A DNA stretch of 11,727 nt from Promethearchaeota archaeon (GTDB taxonomy: Archaea; Asgardarchaeota; Thorarchaeia; Thorarchaeales; Thorarchaeaceae): contig JALVPN010000089.1 in NCBI GenBank assembly GCA_027031765.1, positions 1 through 11,727 of the forward strand, written 5' to 3'. Positions 6,212 through 11,727 of the stretch are shown in pieces. How positions within the stretch are numbered: position 1 is the first letter of the stretch; the number at the start of each line of letters is the position of its first letter. Both the position numbers and the translations under genes were made by a program. The notes below the pieces were generated by a model, which saw only the letters and a list, made by a program, of their open reading frames with translations, was not told the origin of the DNA and did no database searches.

Positions 6212-7747
6212 TCACCGGCCCGCCAGTAGTGGCCCCGTGACCTCCTCGACAGCCCCGACGATTGCGCCGTTGTCAATCAGCTCGCATATCCGTTCAATGT
6301 CCGGGTATAGTGGACGGTCCTCGGTCAGCTTTGGCACCACATCCCGTATGGCCCCGAGTGCTCTTTTCAGCGGCTCTGATGGTCTCAGTGGTGTCAGCAG
6401 GTCGACCCCCTGAGCTGCACACATGTACTCGATTGCCACCACGCGCTTTACGTTGTCCAGTATCTGTCTGGCCTTCCTCGCGGCAATAGTGCCCATGCTG
6501 ACATGGTCTTCCTGGTCAGCACTGGTGGGTATCGAGTCGACACTTGCGGGGTGGGCCAAGACCTTGTTCTCCGAGACAAGTGCTGCGGCTGTGTACTGGG
6601 CTATCATCATCCCAGACGACAGACCGCTGTGTTCGGTAAGGAACGGCGGCAGGCCACTGAGATGGGCGTTGACAAGCCGGTTGACCCGCCTCTCGGCCAT
6701 GTCTGCAATCTCTGCGAGAGCGATACCGAGGAAGTCCATTGCGAGGGCCATCGGCTGACCATGGAAGTTCCCACCAGATATCACCTCGTCAGAGTCGGGG
6801 AATACGAGCGGGTTGTCTGTGGCCGAGTTGAGTTCGGTCTCTATCACACCCCACACGTACTCCACAGCGTCGAGTGATGCCCCCAACACCTGGGGCACAC
6901 AGCGCAACACATACGCGTCCTGGACCTTCCCGCAGTCTGCATGTGACCTGTTGATCTCGCTGTCACGCAGTATCTCCCTGAGGGCTGCCGCAATGGCGGT
7001 CTGTCCCCTGTGTGGCCGGATGCGTTGGATGCGTTTGTCGTATGCCTTTCTCGTCCCCCGCAGGGCCTCAAGGCTCAGTGAAGCGGCCACCGTGGCGTTA
7101 CGGATCAGCTCCATCGAGTCGTATACGGCCAGGGCACCGACCGCAGTCATAGGTTGTGTGCCGTTGATGAGCGCAACACCCTCCTTGGCAAGAAGGGTGA
7201 TTGGTTCCAGTCCTGCCTTCCTGAGGGCCTCGTCGCCGTCCATGACGGTGCCCTGGTACTCCGCACGCCCCTCGCCTATCATCACCAACACGATATGGGC
7301 AAGGGGTGCAAGGTCACCACTGGCACCGACCGAGCCCTGTTGTGGGACGACCGGTGTCACCCCGCGGTTGAGCATCTCGACCAACATCTCCACCGGCTCG
7401 GGCCTCACCCCTGAGTAGCCCTTTGCAAGGGCATTTGCCCGCAGCAGCATCATCCCCCTGACCGCCTCTGTTGGGAACGGGGGCCCCACACCTACGCTGT
7501 GGCTCCTGATCAGGTTGACCTGTAACTGTGTGAGGTCTTTTTCGTCAATGCGCACATGTGCGAGGTCGCCGAACCCTGTGTTGACGCCATAGACCGTACG
7601 TCCTTCCGAAATGGCACGCTCGACCACGAGTCTGCACTGCTCAATCCTCTGCCGGGCATCCTCATCAAGTCTTACGGGCTCGTTGTGTCTTGCAACCTGG
7701 ACGACATCGGGTATCGTCAGGTTCTCTCCATCAACGATGACGACCAT
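6212..7747 (-). CDS. hutH: Histidine ammonia-lyase, about 511 aa
   Basis: VYGVNTGFG, the HAL-type 'SH' in NLIRSHS, the MIO-forming ASG in GSVGASGDL, INGTQ, QDAY.LRC, GGNFHG and QEDHVSM. ATG 7747 follows GTGGAG; GTG 7753 is an alternative start. Confidence 0.96.
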   Translation of the reverse strand: MVVIVDGENLTIPDVVQVARHNEPVRLDEDARQRIEQCRLVVERAISEGRTVYGVNTGFGDLAHVRIDEKDLTQLQVNLIRSHSVGVGPPFPTEAVRGMMLLRANALAKGYSGVRPEPVEMLVEMLNRGVTPVVPQQGSVGASGDLAPLAHIVLVMIGEGRAEYQGTVMDGDEALRKAGLEPITLLAKEGVALINGTQPMTAVGALAVYDSMELIRNATVAASLSLEALRGTRKAYDKRIQRIRPHRGQTAIAAALREILRDSEINRSHADCGKVQDAYVLRCVPQVLGASLDAVEYVWGVIETELNSATDNPLVFPDSDEVISGGNFHGQPMALAMDFLGIALAEIADMAERRVNRLVNAHLSGLPPFLTEHSGLSSGMMIAQYTAAALVSENKVLAHPASVDSIPTSADQEDHVSMGTIAARKARQILDNVKRVVAIEYMCAAQGVDLLTPLRPSEPLKRALGAIRDVVPKLTEDRPLYPDIERICELIDNGAIVGAVEEVTGPLLAGR

Positions 7748-7882
7748 CTCCACTCACGTGGCGCTGGATGCCCCAACGTCTTTAGTAATCTATCGCAAAG
7801 GGTATCTGAGTCCCTGCAGCGCCATACCCGCTGCCGCCCCACTTGTACGAAAGACCTATCCCATGGAAGAGGTTGGGGCGTG

Positions 7883-7888
7883 TTATAG
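7883..7888 (+). promoter_or_regulatory. Putative TATA box for nfi
   Basis: TTATAG about 23-28 nt upstream of TTG 7911, which fits a leaderless or short-leader archaeal transcript. Confidence 0.35.
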
Positions 7889-7910
7889 ACAATATCATGG
7901 TGCCGGAGAA

Positions 7911-8579
7911 TTGGAACGTGGTTCAACTGCTGAGTCTGCCCTCGAAGAGGAGCAGCTACGCCTTGCAGACCGGGTGTCTCGTCAGGACGACCCGTCGTTC
8001 TCTGGCGGCCCCGTCGCCGGGGTCGATGTGGTATATGCAGGTGATGTCGCAGCAGCATGTGCTGTTGTCATCGACACGGCGTCGTTCAAGACGCTGGTGA
8101 CCCTAGAGCATGTCCGTGAGTGCCACTACCCATATGTCCGCGGGTACTTTTTCCTGCGTGAGGGACCGGTCGTCATGGCACTGCTCTCACAGTTGGAGGC
8201 AGGTGTACCTGTACTGGTCAATGGGAACGGTGTCCTACACCCCCGGAGGTGTGGCCTTGCCTCACATGTCGGTGTTCTCACGGGTCGTCAGACCATCGGT
8301 GTCACGAAGCGTCTGATGCTGGGCCATGTCGGCCCACGTACGGGGGACTGGGCACCAGTCATTGACAATGACGAGACCATTGGTGCTGCCCTGTGGCCCC
8401 CGGGGCGCTCCAGACCGCTGTATGTCTCCATTGGTCACAGGGTGAGCCTTCCCACGGCCCTGTCGATAGTACGTTCTGCTACCCGGTCTGGGCTCCCTGA
8501 GCCGCTCCGACTGGCACACCTACGGGCCCGGGACCTGCTCGGGAGGACTGTCCGTAGTGGGGCACATCGCCACCCATAG
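7911..8579 (+). CDS. nfi: Endonuclease V homologue with third catalytic Asp replaced by Asn, about 222 aa
   Basis: AGVDVVY, PYVRGYFFLRE, NGNGVLHPRRCGLASHVG, TIGVTK, LYVSIGHRVSL and PEPLRLAH. Start inferred at TTG 7911 (GGAG upstream, TTATAG at 7883-7888, typical EndoV length); ATG 7863 is the alternative. Confidence 0.9.
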   Translation: MERGSTAESALEEEQLRLADRVSRQDDPSFSGGPVAGVDVVYAGDVAAACAVVIDTASFKTLVTLEHVRECHYPYVRGYFFLREGPVVMALLSQLEAGVPVLVNGNGVLHPRRCGLASHVGVLTGRQTIGVTKRLMLGHVGPRTGDWAPVIDNDETIGAALWPPGRSRPLYVSIGHRVSLPTALSIVRSATRSGLPEPLRLAHLRARDLLGRTVRSGAHRHP

Positions 8580-8582
8580 TGC

Positions 8583-10256
8583 TCACTGTTGCCTCTCCTG
8601 CCACTCGAGCATGGGGACCCGCACGCCCTTCTCCTTGGCCACTTGGATGGCCTTCTCGTAGCCTGCGTCGGCGTGTCTTATGATGCCCATCCCGGGGTCG
8701 GTGGTCATTACTCTCCTCAGTCGTTCTTCGGTGTCCTTTGTACCGTCGACACATGTGACCTGCCCCGCGTGGATGCTGTATGGGATGCCCACACCTCCAC
8801 CCTGGTGGACCGAGACCCATGTGGCACCAGCGGCCGTATTGACGAGTGCGTTCAGGACTGGCCAGTCCGCAATAGCATCGCTGCCGTCCTTCATCGCCTC
8901 GGTTTCACGGTTCGGTGAGGCGACAGAACCACAGTCAAGGTGGTCACGCCCAATCACTAGTGGTGCCGACAGCTCTCCGTCGTGCACCATCTCGTTCATT
9001 ATCAGTGCTGCCCTGAGCCTGTCACCATAACCGAGCCAGAAAATCCGGGCTGGGAGGCCCTGGAACCGGACGCGTTCCTTTGCGAGTTTCAGCCATCGGA
9101 CGAGGTACCTCTTGTCTGCAAACTCTTTCATATAGCGGTCGTCCAGCTTGTAGATGTCCTCTGGGTCACCACTGAGCGCCGCGTACCTGAACGGCCCCAT
9201 GCCCTCACAGAACAGTGGTCTGATGTATGCCGGGACAAAGCCCGGGTAGGAGAATGCCTTCTTGAAGCCTGCATTCAAGGCCATCTGTCTGAGGTTGTTG
9301 CCATAGTCGAAGGTGATTGCCCCGCGCTCCTGCAGTTTGACCATTGCCTCACAGTGTACTCTCATGGCCTGCATGCTCAGCTCCACGTACTTCTCGGGGT
9401 CTCTCTTCCGGAGCTGAAGCGCCTCCTCGTAGCTCATGCCGTTCGGCACATAGCCGTTGAGAGCATCGTGTGCGCTGGTCTGGTCGGTGAGGACATCTGG
9501 TGTGATGTCCCGCCTGACAAACTCCGGCACGATGTCAGCACAGTTTGCAGGGAGCCCGATTGACAGCGGACGCCCTTCTTCCATGGCCTCGAATGCCATC
9601 TCCAGTGCATGGTCAAGGTCGTTTGCCTTTGTTATCAGGTACTTCTGCTCAATCTTGCGGTCAATGAGTTTCTCGTTGACCTCCACGATGATGCCGACGC
9701 CCTCATTCATGGTGATGGCTAGGGGCTGTGCCCCCGACATCTCACCCAGGCCACCCGTCAGGACGAGCCGCCCCTTCAGTGTACCGCCAAAGTACTTGTT
9801 GGCAATTGCGGCCAGTGTCTCATATGTGCCCTGCAGGATACCTTGGGTGCCGATGTATATCCACGAGCCTGCAGTCATCTGGCCGTACACTGTCAGGCCC
9901 TGCCCTACCAGCTCTCTGAAGTACTCCCATGTGGCCCAGTATGGTACGATGAGGGAGTTCGTAATGAGTACCCTGGGGGCAAACTTGTGCGTCTTGAACA
10001 CGCCCACTGGCTTGCCACTCTGCATGAGCAGGGTCTCGTCCTCCTCCAGTTCTTTGAGGATGGCAAGTGTGGCGTCAAAACAGTCCCAGTTCCGTACTGC
10101 GCGGCCGGTACCACCATACACAATCAGGTTGTCAGGGTCTCGTGCCACATCCGGGTCGAGATTGTTCTGCAGCATGCGGTATGGTGCCTCGGTCTGCCAT
10201 GACTTACAGTGGAGTTCAGTTCCAGTCGGTGCCTTGACCTTGCGAGGACCCGCCAA
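8583..10256 (-). CDS. hutU: Urocanate hydratase, 557 aa
   Basis: [80 protein letters not shown] and HADAGY. TTG start with GGTGA upstream. Confidence 0.97.
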   Translation of the reverse strand: MAGPRKVKAPTGTELHCKSWQTEAPYRMLQNNLDPDVARDPDNLIVYGGTGRAVRNWDCFDATLAILKELEEDETLLMQSGKPVGVFKTHKFAPRVLITNSLIVPYWATWEYFRELVGQGLTVYGQMTAGSWIYIGTQGILQGTYETLAAIANKYFGGTLKGRLVLTGGLGEMSGAQPLAITMNEGVGIIVEVNEKLIDRKIEQKYLITKANDLDHALEMAFEAMEEGRPLSIGLPANCADIVPEFVRRDITPDVLTDQTSAHDALNGYVPNGMSYEEALQLRKRDPEKYVELSMQAMRVHCEAMVKLQERGAITFDYGNNLRQMALNAGFKKAFSYPGFVPAYIRPLFCEGMGPFRYAALSGDPEDIYKLDDRYMKEFADKRYLVRWLKLAKERVRFQGLPARIFWLGYGDRLRAALIMNEMVHDGELSAPLVIGRDHLDCGSVASPNRETEAMKDGSDAIADWPVLNALVNTAAGATWVSVHQGGGVGIPYSIHAGQVTCVDGTKDTEERLRRVMTTDPGMGIIRHADAGYEKAIQVAKEKGVRVPMLEWQERQQ

Positions 10257-10290
10257 GAGGAGTCACCGTCACCCGACTATCGTGTGTCCC

Positions 10291-10298
10291 CATTTATG
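10291..10298 (-). promoter_or_regulatory. Putative TATA box for hutU
   Basis: Minus strand reads CATAAATG about 35-40 nt upstream of the TTG start, leaving room for the GGTGA SD. Confidence 0.3.
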
Positions 10299-10303
10299 CC
10301 TTG

Positions 10304-10320
10304 CTGACCGCGCCGGTCAG
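10304..10320. repeat. Palindrome CTGACCG-CGC-CGGTCAG upstream of hutU
   Basis: Read directly: perfect 7-bp arms with a 3-nt spacer. Function unknown. Confidence 0.7.
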
Positions 10321-10475
10321 TGGTGGCGTTGTTGCTCCATCAGCACCATCCGTTTTCCCGTCCCACCCAGACATCACTACAGTCACACTGTATACCTGTC
10401 CCACGAGTGCCCATGTATGGTCTGCAGTGCTCACAACACCCGTACTGCCAGTTTCTCCGCCGCCCTCAGAGACCT

Positions 10476-10483
10476 GATATATG
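10476..10483 (+). promoter_or_regulatory. Putative TATA box for the helicase gene
   Basis: GATATATG ends 23 nt before ATG 10507, the spacing expected for a leaderless archaeal mRNA. Confidence 0.35.
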
Positions 10484-10506
10484 TCTGTTCGCCAGTCTTC
10501 ATCAAG

Positions 10507-11727
10507 ATGAGATGTCCTCTATCACAGATGCAGTTCCGGTTCACTTGGAGGCCCTATCAGGAGCGCATCCTGGACGAGCTCCAGGAACACCTCGATGACC
10601 GACGCCTACACGTAGTGGCCGCGCCCGGTTCGGGAAAGACTGTACTCGGCCTTGAGGTCGTCCACCGCCTTGGACGACCCGCCCTGGTACTGGCACCGAC
10701 CCGTGCAATACGGGACCAGTGGGTCGAGAGGTTGACATCCCTGTTCTTGGACGGCACTCGCCCACCACCGTGGGTTTCCCGCGACATCCGTGCCCCTCGG
10801 GCCTTCACTGTGGCAACATATCAGGCCCTACACATGGCCCTGTCTGGAGAGTCGGATGAGGACGAGGGGTCGGAGGTCGAGTCTGACGAGTCCTCAGACG
10901 GGGACATGGACGGCCCTCTCGCCAGTCACGACAACCCCTTCGGGGGCACAGTCATTTCTGCCGTTGATGTCGTGTCAGCCCTGCGTTCCGCCGGGATCAA
11001 GACCATCGTCCTTGATGAGGCACACCACCTGCGTACTGCATGGTGGCTGAGCCTCAATGAGCTGCTGCGGGGCCTTGAAGATGTGACAGTTGTAGCCCTC
11101 ACTGCGACCCCACCGTATGATGTCCCCGACTTCGAGTGGGCCCGCTATATTGACATGTGCGGTCCCGTGGACGCTGAGGTCTCGATACCGGAGCTGGTGG
11201 CTGCAGGCGACCTGTGTCCGCACCAGGACCTCGTCCTTATGTCGATGCCATCTGCTGAGGAGGCCGCTGCAGTGCGTAGGTTCCGCAATGAGGTCAACGA
11301 GTTTGTGGCGGCGCTCCGGAAGAATGATGCATTCATCAGGCATGTCCAGTCCCACCCCTGGCTCACGTCGGTGGAGTCCCATGAGGCCGAGATCTTGGAG
11401 CACCCCGAGTTCTTCTCAAGCATGCTCGTATTCCTGCACAGCTGTGGTGTGCAGGTCCCGAAGGATGCCGTCCGCCTTGTGGCCGGGTCTTCCCGTTTCA
11501 TACCCCGCCTGGACCTGGAGTGGCTCGAGACCCTCCTCCAGGGCCTGATATTCCCCCCAGACGACCCCTCCAGCGTCCTCCAGCCCGCTGTCGAAGAGAT
11601 CCGTGACCGCCTGTATGAAATCGGTGCAATCGAACACAGACGTGTTGTCCTCAGGCGCACCAAGTTCATTGAGAGGCTCCTGCGCCAGAGCATCTCGAAA
11701 CTGGAACGCATCGTGGAGATTGCAGAA
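10507..11727 (+). CDS. SF2 DEAD/DEAH-box helicase (ResIII-like), 3'-truncated at window edge (407 codons visible)
   Basis: Translated by hand; not in the ORF track. Q-motif-like WRPYQ, Walker A APGSGKT (GSGKT 10627-10641), motif Ia LAPT, TYQ, Walker B DEAH (11014-11025) and motif III TAT (11101-11109); open to the edge. ATG 10507 lies about 25 nt after TATA-like GATATATG; ATG 10528 is an alternative start. Confidence 0.92.
   Translation, partial: MRCPLSQMQFRFTWRPYQERILDELQEHLDDRRLHVVAAPGSGKTVLGLEVVHRLGRPALVLAPTRAIRDQWVERLTSLFLDGTRPPPWVSRDIRAPRAFTVATYQALHMALSGESDEDEGSEVESDESSDGDMDGPLASHDNPFGGTVISAVDVVSALRSAGIKTIVLDEAHHLRTAWWLSLNELLRGLEDVTVVALTATPPYDVPDFEWARYIDMCGPVDAEVSIPELVAAGDLCPHQDLVLMSMPSAEEAAAVRRFRNEVNEFVAALRKNDAFIRHVQSHPWLTSVESHEAEILEHPEFFSSMLVFLHSCGVQVPKDAVRLVAGSSRFIPRLDLEWLETLLQGLIFPPDDPSSVLQPAVEEIRDRLYEIGAIEHRRVVLRRTKFIERLLRQSISKLERIVEIAE

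Noticed and set aside
7611-7910. N-terminal extension of nfi as a possible fusion domain
   Set aside because: It overlaps the hutH start and contains the likely promoters. Removing it gives a normal EndoV length.
7748-7910. Short inverted repeats in the hutH/nfi spacer (GCAGCG/CGCTGC, CGCCCCA/TGGGGCG)
   Set aside because: They are GC-only 6-7 bp arms expected by chance and share no motif with the hutI or hutU spacers.
8583-10256. HutU 'HQGGG' instead of the usual 'HHGGG', and HutI 'DFNPNC' instead of 'DFNPG'
   Set aside because: All main catalytic and cofactor motifs are intact, so these look like ordinary family variation.
37-11711. Many 60-200 aa alternative-frame and antisense ORFs (e.g. 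37..378, 5080..5670, 6813..7418, 8982..9563, 11145..11711)
   Set aside because: They are shadows of real genes in GC-rich DNA, rich in Ser/Arg/Pro/Cys, with no recognisable motifs.
1-11727. tRNA, rRNA, CRISPR array, IS or integrase
   Set aside because: All intergenic gaps are 250 nt or less and were read. I saw no cloverleaf, repeat-spacer periodicity, transposase motif or terminal repeats.

Overview
This is a gene-dense, GC-rich (roughly 60% by eye) archaeal chromosomal window. Cgi121, a THUMP-only protein, an archaeal-type purine phosphoribosyltransferase and an AIP-synthase-like enzyme point to Archaea; an Asgard/Thorarchaeia origin is plausible but cannot be proven from this sequence. 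Gene order: (1) a minus-strand unit of sugar-phosphate nucleotidyltransferase with left-handed beta-helix (LbH) repeats, overlapping a CDP-alcohol phosphatidyltransferase, followed by a 3'-truncated hypothetical protein; (2) a tRNA-modification cluster of tsaC and a THUMP protein, converging on cgi121, which follows a phosphoribosyltransferase; (3) a histidine-utilisation cluster (hutI, hutH, hutU) in mixed orientations, with an endonuclease V homologue between hutH and hutU whose third catalytic Asp is Asn; (4) the 5' part of an SF2 DEAH (ResIII-like) helicase. Two real CDSs at the window edges are missing from the supplied ORF track, and several supplied starts are too far upstream. I saw no rRNA, tRNA, CRISPR array or mobile element.
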